From: a virus
Taxonomy: Duplodnaviria; Caudoviricetes
DNA: 64,000 bases
IMG/VR virus record: IMGVR_UViG_2700988920_000001
Span: 13,838 to 77,837 of that record
Strand: one strand, 5' to 3'
Shown: positions 1 through 7,980 of the stretch, one piece after another
Layout of the letters: each line of letters starts with the position of its first letter
How positions within the stretch are numbered: the first letter of the stretch is position 1
Program-made: the position numbers and the translations under genes
Notes under the pieces: model-generated
The model's database searches: none
The model's input: the letters and a program-made list of their open reading frames with translations, nothing else
What the model was told of the DNA's origin: nothing

Positions 1-116
1 GCTTCTCAAAATGCAAATAGAGGTTTGCCGTTGTGCAAGCCTCTATTTGCATTAAACAAAATTATTGGTATGCGCATTGCTTGTTTTATCGAGGCTAACC
101 AATAGGAGGAACAGCC

Positions 117-590
117 ATGAAATATTTATTAACGATGATCTTGTGTGCGTTTAGTTCGTTAGGCCTTTCAGCAACCACTGCGGTGTATAACTCGACAACT
201 AACGGCACACTAACTTCGGCGATGAACTCAAACAAGGTAACTGTGGGTGCCTCGTCTGAATCCGCCACTCAGAATGGCGTTTCAAGCACAAACACCGCCA
301 CGGAGAATATGCTTACCGATACAACAACTACGGTAACAGGTGCGTTCTCATCCACACGTAGTGAAGTGCATTCTGGCGGCCTAGTTGTTGGGTCTTTATC
401 TAATACAGGCAGTAACGCCACAGCCGTAAATGGGACCACAACAGGTACTGTGGTCAACACTTTTACAGAGACTTACTCTGACTCTAACGGTGCTTACAGC
501 AACTCTAGCACGTCCACCGACTCGTTAAGCGGAACTAACACCTCTGCGTATACCGAGTCTTACACGTATTCAGAGTCTTACGTTAAGTAG
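117..590 (+). CDS. Secreted Ser/Thr/Asn-rich predicted beta-strand protein
   Basis: RBS AGGAGG; Sec signal peptide MKYLLTMILCAFSSLGLSA; mature part is low-complexity S/T/N with NG/GG turns. Confidence 0.8.
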   Translation: MKYLLTMILCAFSSLGLSATTAVYNSTTNGTLTSAMNSNKVTVGASSESATQNGVSSTNTATENMLTDTTTTVTGAFSSTRSEVHSGGLVVGSLSNTGSNATAVNGTTTGTVVNTFTETYSDSNGAYSNSSTSTDSLSGTNTSAYTESYTYSESYVK

Positions 591-598
591 GTGACACC

Positions 599-1027
599 AT
601 GAAAAGGGCAACCATATTGCTATTGTTGCCTTTCTTTGCTTCAGCAGAGTCGGTAAGCAATAGCGAATCATCTTCTTACAGCTCAGGTGCCAACATAAAC
701 AACCAGACTGTAATTAACGAATCAAGCTCTTACCTGATAGAGGATGTAAGATGCCCAGTACCAACGTTAGGTCTGGTAGGCGGCACAAGTCAGGTTACAA
801 GGGGAAGTAAGACAACCCAAAATCACATAGGAGTGGGTCTAACAATACCCCTACTTTCAGGTAAGTGCGACGAAGCTGTAAGGCTCAAGATCAGAAAAAT
901 GGAGTTTGATTTGGCAGACAGAGAAAGACTCCTAACTATTAAAGAACAGTCGCATATAATTAAGATGCTGGATTCTTGTAATAAACTAGGGATGAGTAAG
1001 TATGAATGTAACGAACTTATTGATTAG
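599..1027 (+). CDS. Exported protein with beta-hairpin and coiled coil (possible outer-membrane oligomer)
   Basis: Signal peptide MKRATILLLLPFFASA; CPVP...IGVGLTIPLLSGKC followed by a charged helix; 4 Cys. Confidence 0.7.
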   Translation: MKRATILLLLPFFASAESVSNSESSSYSSGANINNQTVINESSSYLIEDVRCPVPTLGLVGGTSQVTRGSKTTQNHIGVGLTIPLLSGKCDEAVRLKIRKMEFDLADRERLLTIKEQSHIIKMLDSCNKLGMSKYECNELID

Positions 1028-1187
1028 CTTACTAGTGCTTACTGGCTGCACGATTAATTTGCAAATAGACACTGATTACGCTTCGCAAAATGCAAGTGAC
1101 GGAGCTATATCCGAAACCGTACAAGCAGAAGCGACCACAACACCAACCGTAGACGTCACCGCCGACATACAAGGAGAAGGACTATGA
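1002..1187 (+). CDS. Small lipoprotein
   Basis: Hydrophobic N-terminus with lipobox LTGC; overlaps neighbouring genes. Confidence 0.7.
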   Translation: MNVTNLLISLLVLTGCTINLQIDTDYASQNASDGAISETVQAEATTTPTVDVTADIQGEGL

Positions 1188-1405
1188 CCATACTATCGCC
1201 AGACGTCGAAATGGTTATCGACGTGATTCGAGAGATCGATCCAAAGTACAATTTGTCTGAAAACTTAATAGGTAACTGCATGCGAGACGCCATTGGCAAC
1301 TACTCTCAGGCAGCAAGAACCTTGTGTGTAGGGCAGAACGACGACTTCTGCCGTGGCGTGCTTCTAACGCTCCACCTACACCACATTGGTGCACTCAATA
1401 AATAA
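1184..1405 (+). CDS. Hypothetical protein
   Basis: ATGA overlap with previous gene, RBS AAGGAC. Confidence 0.7.
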   Translation: MTILSPDVEMVIDVIREIDPKYNLSENLIGNCMRDAIGNYSQAARTLCVGQNDDFCRGVLLTLHLHHIGALNK

Positions 1406-1465
1406 TGGTACAGAGTTTGCACCTATGAGATCGGGGATGGGGTTCAGTAGCTGCAAACTTGATGT

Positions 1466-1480
1466 TTGGTCTAAGACCAA
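1466..1480. repeat. 15-bp palindrome TTGGTCTNAGACCAA copy 1 (TAA centre)
   Basis: TTGGTCTAAGACCAA, intergenic, within a promoter-like region. Confidence 0.95.
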
Positions 1481-1520
1481 GTTTAATGGTATAAATGATT
1501 GACTAATCGCATACCGGAGA

Positions 1521-1901
1521 TTGCAAATGGCTACTGAACTTCCGCATCGCTACACGTTAGTTGTAGCTTTACAAATTGGCTCTCAAGCTGACATGGTTAA
1601 AGGCATGGCCGAGTTATCAAAAATTCTGCCTGAACACATCGAAGCTGACGAAAAAGGCTGGAAAGTTAACAACATCAACCCTGAATTTGTAGACAAAGTG
1701 AAGGCTGTCTTCAAAGAAGATAAAGTGAAGCTGACTGAAGACTTCGAGATCAACTTCATGTTCTATCTTGGCTGGGTTGTTGGTAAACGTATGACTACGC
1801 TAGTCTTGAGCCACGAAGAGCCTGAGCACCACTTCAACTCTACGCCTTGGAAGTGGGCTGGACACAAGGTGGCGAAGAATGAAAGTAGCAACGACAGTTA
1901 A
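1521..1901 (+). CDS. Hypothetical protein
   Basis: 126-aa ORF with GGAG RBS and phage-typical codon use (start could be ATG 1527). Confidence 0.75.
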   Translation: MQMATELPHRYTLVVALQIGSQADMVKGMAELSKILPEHIEADEKGWKVNNINPEFVDKVKAVFKEDKVKLTEDFEINFMFYLGWVVGKRMTTLVLSHEEPEHHFNSTPWKWAGHKVAKNESSNDS

Positions 1902-1926
1902 TCTCATAGCAAGCGTGATGACAGGG

Positions 1927-1955
1927 TTGTATTTCACTATGTTTATTGTTAGTAT
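1927..1955 (+). promoter_or_regulatory. sigma70-type promoter
   Basis: TTGTAT-N17-TAGTAT. Confidence 0.6.
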
Positions 1956-1961
1956 TACCTC

Positions 1962-2051
1962 GTCCTACTGACAGGACTCCTTGTATTTCGCTTGTTTTGA
2001 AGCAAGACACTGCGGCTTTTACTTTACCCGGCTTTATGCCGGGTTCTTTTT
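1962..2051 (+). ncRNA. Candidate small RNA or attenuated leader
   Basis: ~90 nt between promoter and intrinsic terminator ACCCGGC-tttat-GCCGGGT-TCTTTTT; no ORF. Confidence 0.5.
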
Positions 2052-2108
2052 GTCTTAAATATACCTAATGGAGTACAATTGTTTGGCCCTAGCAGGGCTG
2101 GAGTTGTT

Positions 2109-2369
2109 ATGTTTGAACGCATTACCATAGCTGGACTGCACAGCAGCCCTAAGACCTTCAAGTACGGCACAATCGTGCGAATTCTTAGAAAGAACGGAGC
2201 CAAGCCGTTAGACTTATTCAGAGTAGAGAGAGAAATGTACGAGCACGGCCGATCTACTTTTAAAAAGTTCACGTTAACTGACTCAAGTGTTAAAGTTCTA
2301 CCTAAGTCCAATCATTCTTCCAGGAGAAAATCATGGCTAAACCTGCCAGTATTAACCTCTCAACAGTGA
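2109..2369 (+). CDS. Hypothetical basic protein
   Basis: GGAG RBS before ATG 2109 (ORF track starts at 2079). Confidence 0.5.
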   Translation: MFERITIAGLHSSPKTFKYGTIVRILRKNGAKPLDLFRVEREMYEHGRSTFKKFTLTDSSVKVLPKSNHSSRRKSWLNLPVLTSQQ

Positions 2370-4792
2370 AGCGCGGCGACACCTATATGGTGGACTTCTT
2401 CTTTACCGATACCGACGGAACGACAGACATTTCTGCTGTCACTATCGACGCTCAGGCAAGAAGAGAGATTGACGGAGCTTTGTGGTTTGACCTAAAGCCT
2501 AAAGTCGTTGACGCGTCAAAGGGGCACTTTAGAATCCACCTTACCGGAGACGAGACCAGAGCAATAACAGAATCCCCTGTTAACTCGTTCTCAGGTATTT
2601 ACGACATTCAGTTCAGTTGGCAAGGCCCATCTGAAATATACGTGTCTACCATTATCGACGGCTCTATTTCAATCTCTAAAGATGTCACTCAGCCAGTTTC
2701 GCTTATGAACACTGGGTCTAATCCTGGCGCGCCTACCCCTGCCGCGGATCAGACTGTAAACGTCTACTTCAGTCTCGATCCTGGCACGCCTAATTACAGT
2801 GACGTGGTAACTGCCGAAGAATTGACTCCAGTGCAGTATCAAATTGCAGCTTCGATGGGTTTAGCTAACGTCAATGTAATCGATGAAGTTGGCGAAGCGG
2901 TTGCGCTTACCAAAAAGTATCGAGATGAAGCAGCAGCTATCGTTACTGGCGGTACTGCAACCGTCGATCCGGAGCCAGGTAAGATCCCGTTAGCAGACGA
3001 AAAAGGTAAGATTCGCGAAGGGTGGCTTCCTGATGTAGCAGTATTTTCCTCGAAGTCTGCCGTTACCGCAGTGCAAACTCTAGCACATGAACAGTTTGCC
3101 GCTTCAGGGTTTATCAATTACGGCAAGAACATTGTAGCCAGCTTGTTCCCTACCATTAACGAGGGTTTGAATTGTCGTATCGACGCACCAGATATGCTGC
3201 TAATGGGTCGTGTCGTCACTAGTCAGCAAGGAGGTTCTTCAAAGACAGCTTACCCTGTCGTAGCCGTTGCAGGTTTCGTGGTTAAGATTTTAGGCGTTAA
3301 CGATCGACCTTCTATTACAGGCGCGAGGGTTAAATTCCCAAAATCACCGGACGGTACGGTTACTTACAATAAGTCAACGGGAGAGTCAGTAACACACGCC
3401 GACCAATCAGCCGCTTTCTTATCGGCGGACGCTGACCCTAGTGTAGAGGTTGTTACCAATCGAGTTGATGTGTATGGGTTTGAGTTCGGCAAACGAGAAA
3501 TAAACCAATCCAAACCGTTTCTGTACCTATGCGGGTGTAACCAATCACAAGCTACATCCATTGACGGTATAGATACCGTTGTAGGAGACAATAACCCGGT
3601 ATTCGATGGTGACACTTCTGTAGGTAAAGGGGTTAATCTATTGAACGCAGACACCGAGCAAAGGATCCGATTAGTTAACAACCCCGACAACAATGTTTGG
3701 GTAGAAGGTGACACTATCTACCAGTTTGATGTTCAGCAAATAACTATTGCTGGCCCAGGTAACGGAGACTGGAAGAATATTAATCCTGCTAAAGGCGACT
3801 TTTTATTCGATGACAACAGACCTGTGCTGTCAAAAGCTGGGCTACCGTTCGTTAAGTCTTCCGAACAAGGTGTGTTTGAAGACGGTAAAGGTAACTACTT
3901 CCTAGTGTGCGGGTCAGTCCCTAGACTTAACCAAGGTGCTTTCCACCCAACATACAACCCTGAAGGTGTGTCTACATTCATGGCCGGAGGAACTTGGTCT
4001 AAACCGTACTACGCTCACAACTACATAAACTCTACTGCCAGTTGTTTTAAGTTCAACCCTTCCGATTCATTGGAAGACGGATTCATTCGAACTGTTGGAG
4101 GTAAAGTCTGGGTAGGTAGCATTGAGAGCGGATCATCTGGTCACCCTAGTAATAAATCGTATGAAGTTATTTACCCTTCTGGTCAAGGAGGGGTAGTTGA
4201 CTGTCGTCGATCTGCCGAAGACATGGGAAGTAGAGAGGAGGCATCTAAGATAGCAATTAAATATGTCAATGGTTCCTACAGAGGAGAAGAACTTTACAAC
4301 TCAACCACTGTTTCTGGCGAGTTTACATTTACATACACTACAGATCTGTCTGGACTAGTTACGCTGCCTAGAGAGTGTCTGGATGATACAGTAGAGTGTA
4401 TCGTTGGGTCAGTACGTACAACCCTACAAGTGACTGACGGCAAGGTGACGCTACCTGACGGCGCTAAGACTGTAACGTTCACCACTAGAGCTAATGTCAC
4501 AAAACCATCTAAAAATAAGCCAGTATTAAACGCATATGATGGGGTTTTAGGAGTGTTTGACGCTACAAAGAAACATACGTTGCTGGATTTTACCATAGAA
4601 AACGGAATCATATCTGACTACAACGCAGGGTCAGCTCCGTATAGTGCAAACCTCATCTATCAGATCAGTAATAGCGGGCAAGCCTCTCTAGGTATTATTT
4701 CTGATGGAAAATATTTAGAACTCTCTACCTCTTACGGTTACACAAAGAATAAAGCTCGTGCTGGAGTACAAATACCCGGAGTCGACCTTTAA
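2333..4792 (+). CDS. Tail fibre / receptor-binding protein
   Basis: N-terminal BppU-like baseplate-attachment pattern (GHFRIHLT...YDIQF); GGTATVDPEPGKIPLAD and AASGFINYGK motifs that I recall from Vibrio phage fibres; beta-rich body. Confidence 0.75.
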   Translation: MAKPASINLSTVKRGDTYMVDFFFTDTDGTTDISAVTIDAQARREIDGALWFDLKPKVVDASKGHFRIHLTGDETRAITESPVNSFSGIYDIQFSWQGPSEIYVSTIIDGSISISKDVTQPVSLMNTGSNPGAPTPAADQTVNVYFSLDPGTPNYSDVVTAEELTPVQYQIAASMGLANVNVIDEVGEAVALTKKYRDEAAAIVTGGTATVDPEPGKIPLADEKGKIREGWLPDVAVFSSKSAVTAVQTLAHEQFAASGFINYGKNIVASLFPTINEGLNCRIDAPDMLLMGRVVTSQQGGSSKTAYPVVAVAGFVVKILGVNDRPSITGARVKFPKSPDGTVTYNKSTGESVTHADQSAAFLSADADPSVEVVTNRVDVYGFEFGKREINQSKPFLYLCGCNQSQATSIDGIDTVVGDNNPVFDGDTSVGKGVNLLNADTEQRIRLVNNPDNNVWVEGDTIYQFDVQQITIAGPGNGDWKNINPAKGDFLFDDNRPVLSKAGLPFVKSSEQGVFEDGKGNYFLVCGSVPRLNQGAFHPTYNPEGVSTFMAGGTWSKPYYAHNYINSTASCFKFNPSDSLEDGFIRTVGGKVWVGSIESGSSGHPSNKSYEVIYPSGQGGVVDCRRSAEDMGSREEASKIAIKYVNGSYRGEELYNSTTVSGEFTFTYTTDLSGLVTLPRECLDDTVECIVGSVRTTLQVTDGKVTLPDGAKTVTFTTRANVTKPSKNKPVLNAYDGVLGVFDATKKHTLLDFTIENGIISDYNAGSAPYSANLIYQISNSGQASLGIISDGKYLELSTSYGYTKNKARAGVQIPGVDL

Positions 4793-4796
4793 TATA

Positions 4797-4820
4797 AAGG
4801 GCGTCTCATTAGACGCCCTT
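4797..4820 (+). terminator. Intrinsic terminator-like hairpin
   Basis: AAGGGCGTCT-catt-AGACGCCCTT right after the fibre gene. Confidence 0.7.
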
Positions 4821-4874
4821 CTATTTGCTTGCTAGAATACAAAAGTCAACAGACAACTACCTTAATCAACTAAC

Positions 4875-4889
4875 TTGGTCTGAGACCAA
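4875..4889. repeat. 15-bp palindrome copy 2
   Basis: TTGGTCTGAGACCAA just upstream of the RBS of MTase 1. Confidence 0.95.
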
Positions 4890-4908
4890 AACCTATAAGG
4901 ACTGAACA

Positions 4909-5544
4909 ATGGCTACTGCCTCTATGAAACGTTCTGCGAAGGACGACAAAATCAATTTGTACACAACACCGGAATGGGCAACTCAAGCGCTTATAGATAC
5001 TGGCGAATTAGACGGTTGTATGTCTTTCTGGGAGCCTTGTTGCGGCATGGGACACATCTCTAACGTCATCATTCACAATATTGAGAACCGTTGGACGCCA
5101 GGCAAGACAATCGCCTCTACTGACCTGCACGATCACGGCTATGAGTTTGGTACGCCTGACATTGACTTCCTGATGTCTAACGACATCGGTGCAGACTGTG
5201 TCATCACCAACCCACCGTTTGACCGTGTAGGGACGCACTTCTCTATGCTGAAGCATGCGCTGTCTATGCCTAACGTGAAGAAGGTGTGTTTCTTTATGCC
5301 TATGCAATTTCTTGAAACACCTTACCGTGCTAAGTGGCTGATGGATACTGAATGTCTTGTTCGCGTATGGTCGTTTGCTGATCGCGTTAAATGTTTGACC
5401 AAAGGCGATGAATCTCTGTCAAAGGACAACACAGCTAAACACTTTGCTTGGTTTGTCTTCGAGAAGAACCACTACGGTGACGCGGCTATTGGTTATCTGT
5501 TCAAGCCTGACGAAATGCGCCGAGGTAAGAAAAATGCAAAATAG
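4909..5544 (+). CDS. DNA adenine (N6) methyltransferase, small phage type
   Basis: YTTP, EPCCGMG (SAM motif I), TNPPF (motif IV), AWFVF. Confidence 0.85.
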   Translation: MATASMKRSAKDDKINLYTTPEWATQALIDTGELDGCMSFWEPCCGMGHISNVIIHNIENRWTPGKTIASTDLHDHGYEFGTPDIDFLMSNDIGADCVITNPPFDRVGTHFSMLKHALSMPNVKKVCFFMPMQFLETPYRAKWLMDTECLVRVWSFADRVKCLTKGDESLSKDNTAKHFAWFVFEKNHYGDAAIGYLFKPDEMRRGKKNAK

Positions 5545-6055
5545 ATACTTCATGTTTAAAAGTCGTTTCATCTCTCACGAGATCATTACTCGATTCAACG
5601 AACTTAACAACGAGCGCGAAGCTATTCTGAGCAGTCTTCGAGAACAATTCGGGTTGGTAGGCTTCGTTTTTAACCCAGACGGAACGCCAAAATACCTTCT
5701 GAAAGAGTTGATGTCAGACTTCGATGAAGACCGATTTTCTCCTGGCCGTATCAACCGATCAGGTAACGACTTCTTAGGGCTAGAACCTACTGACGCTGAG
5801 ATTGTCGCGGTATGTAAGAGCGCTGTGTCGATCTCTTTGTCAGAAGTTGTGTTGGATTGTCTTGAGTTTAAACCACAAACACACCTGCACGGAGAACCTT
5901 CTCCTGAGATTAAACTTGTTGAAGGTATCATCATGGTAAAAGTCATTGAGTACAACGACTTACCCTATGACCCACCTGTCTCGTTTGTGGAAATCTCAGA
6001 GAGCCTGTACAATGCTCCTATCTTGAAGTTGTTAGAGAAACATCTAACCGAATAA
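5534..6055 (+). CDS. Hypothetical protein
   Basis: Likely start MQNRYF after GAGG RBS, overlapping the MTase stop. Confidence 0.7.
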   Translation: MQNRYFMFKSRFISHEIITRFNELNNEREAILSSLREQFGLVGFVFNPDGTPKYLLKELMSDFDEDRFSPGRINRSGNDFLGLEPTDAEIVAVCKSAVSISLSEVVLDCLEFKPQTHLHGEPSPEIKLVEGIIMVKVIEYNDLPYDPPVSFVEISESLYNAPILKLLEKHLTE

Positions 6056-6079
6056 AATCAAAACCTGTAAGGACTTAGC

Positions 6080-6562
6080 ATGAAGATACTCGACGCATAC
6101 CACTTCGATGTCGAGGCCAGGAACGTAAACGACCAAGCTCAAAACCAACACCTTGAGTATATTTTAGGCTTGGTCGTAGGCTGTAAAGACTTAGGTGCGA
6201 TAGACGCCAGCACGACAATTTACGTACCGTACGACCTTTGGGTTGTACATGGCGGAAAAGGCTGCATTACCCCTTACGGCGTACAGCTAGTCCATGGCTT
6301 AGATGAGGTGTGTACCAGTTTGGAAGGTAAGCACATCCCAAGACGAAACTTTTTGGTCCCAGACCAAGCCTCACCCACCGGACAGATAGTACGAAAGCAC
6401 TTCTGCTCTTACGCGATAAACCCGTCTGGAATGATGACAAAAATCAATGACAGACCTTATTGTGGACAACGTGGAAAAGGTGAAGAAGTTACTTATGTTC
6501 TTGACGAAGTTACTTGCCCAGAGTGTCTTATGGAGTTAAAACAGGTGAATCAATCTCATTAA
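6080..6562 (+). CDS. Hypothetical protein with C-terminal Zn-binding motif
   Basis: TAAGGACT RBS; YC...VTCPEC. Confidence 0.7.
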   Translation: MKILDAYHFDVEARNVNDQAQNQHLEYILGLVVGCKDLGAIDASTTIYVPYDLWVVHGGKGCITPYGVQLVHGLDEVCTSLEGKHIPRRNFLVPDQASPTGQIVRKHFCSYAINPSGMMTKINDRPYCGQRGKGEEVTYVLDEVTCPECLMELKQVNQSH

Positions 6563-6588
6563 CCCCCAAAAAAGAAGGAGACTCACCC

Positions 6589-6999
6589 ATGGGTGACCTA
6601 ACCAAGAATATTAGTAGGCACGAGGTGGCATGTAAGTGCGATGGCCGATTTGGCCCATGTAACGCGCAAACTATGGATTGGGAAACCATCCAGGTAGTGC
6701 AGGAAGCTTGCGACCACTTCGCTAAGAAGCTAGGGCTGAACAAGGTTACGCTAATCATTAACAGCGGCTGTCGCTGCCAGCCTTACAATGACAAACCTAA
6801 ATCTGAAGGTGGCGTAGGCGCGACTAAAGGTAGCTACCATAAGTTGTTCTGCGCTTTGGACCACAAGATCACTCAGATCACACCCAAAGAATTGTATGAG
6901 TACTACATCGAAAAATACCCTGGCAAGTACGGCATCGCCTTGTACTCAAAATCTGGCTTCGTACACTTAGACTCACGACCATATAAGGCACGTTGGTAA
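6589..6999 (+). CDS. Endolysin, peptidase M15 family
   Basis: LTKNISRHEVACKC, SGCRCQPYN, GSYH...ALD, FVHLDSR; AAGGAG RBS before ATG 6589. Confidence 0.88.
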   Translation: MGDLTKNISRHEVACKCDGRFGPCNAQTMDWETIQVVQEACDHFAKKLGLNKVTLIINSGCRCQPYNDKPKSEGGVGATKGSYHKLFCALDHKITQITPKELYEYYIEKYPGKYGIALYSKSGFVHLDSRPYKARW

Positions 7000-7001
7000 T
7001 T

Positions 7002-7358
7002 ATGAATAAACCGCAAAGATTGATCTTAAATCTGAAGGGCGGTGATGAGGTGAGGCTTGGCGGCCTCACCCTATTGACTGTTCACGAAGTCGGTCAGCCT
7101 ATGCTGAAAGCGACTATCTCAGCTCAAATCCTAAAAGGTGATGAGCACTGTATCTTCGACCACAACGAAGACAACTGGAAAGACTTAGAGTCTCTGGATT
7201 CTGTTGTTGTTGGTCTTGGTGACCGTTTACTTATCGGTACGGTCGAAATTCTGGTAGCATCTATCAGCAAACGATACGGCGAAGTGCGTCTGTCGTTTCA
7301 GTCATATGACGAAGAGACTGCTAAGCTTTTGAAAAACCTAAAGGAATCATTACGATGA
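7002..7358 (+). CDS. Putative tandem CsrA-like protein
   Basis: Two segments resemble the CsrA beta-strand pattern (LILNLKGGDEVRLGG..LTVHEV; GLGDRLLIGTVEILV...GEVRLSF). Confidence 0.5.
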   Translation: MNKPQRLILNLKGGDEVRLGGLTLLTVHEVGQPMLKATISAQILKGDEHCIFDHNEDNWKDLESLDSVVVGLGDRLLIGTVEILVASISKRYGEVRLSFQSYDEETAKLLKNLKESLR

Positions 7359-7954
7359 AAAAGTCTACACCCAACAACCCTTTCGCTGGCACTGTACTAG
7401 AAGCGAAACTTGATGATCTGCCATTTACTTACCCAGAGCTTGCTATGCGCACTAACAAGCCTGGCGCAGAGATGGAAATGCCTAAAAAACTGTGGCAAGC
7501 GCTGAACACGGCTTACCCTCAAATCATGGACGCTTGTTTCAAAGCTGATCGTCTTAAATCCTCTTTGGTCTACGGCGCTAAGCTTCGAGATTTCAATTAC
7601 AGTGCTTTCCCAGCACCGCAGCGCAAACTTAAGCCTAGCGAGCTAGAACTGCTTCACGCAATCCTAGGCATCATCTCAGAAGGCGGTGAGCTGCTTCAGA
7701 TGTACATGGATCGTCTTAACTCTGGTCACCCAATTGACCGCACTAACGCGGTAGAAGAGATCGGCGATCTAGAGTGGTTCATGCAGCTAGCGCGTAAGTC
7801 TGTCATCTGTACGCAAGAAGAAACAATGATGATCAACATCAAAAAACTTGCTGAACGCTTCCCTGACGGCTTCTCTGAAGAAATGGCTCTAGTCCGTAAC
7901 GAAGAAGCAGAGCGCAAACTTCTTGAAGAAGAAACCAAAAAGTTAGACAAATAA
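7355..7954 (+). CDS. mazG: MazG-like nucleotide pyrophosphohydrolase
   Basis: GIISEGGEL, EEIGDLEWF, NIKKLAERFPDGFS. Confidence 0.85.
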   Translation: MKKSTPNNPFAGTVLEAKLDDLPFTYPELAMRTNKPGAEMEMPKKLWQALNTAYPQIMDACFKADRLKSSLVYGAKLRDFNYSAFPAPQRKLKPSELELLHAILGIISEGGELLQMYMDRLNSGHPIDRTNAVEEIGDLEWFMQLARKSVICTQEETMMINIKKLAERFPDGFSEEMALVRNEEAERKLLEEETKKLDK

Positions 7955-7980
7955 CAACCAACGATACCCGTAGAGGACTT

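Noticed and set aside
1413-1460. Stem GAGTTTGCA...TGCAAACTT with internal GGTTCA, considered as a tRNA
   Set aside because: Too short and no cloverleaf or CCA end; only a simple hairpin
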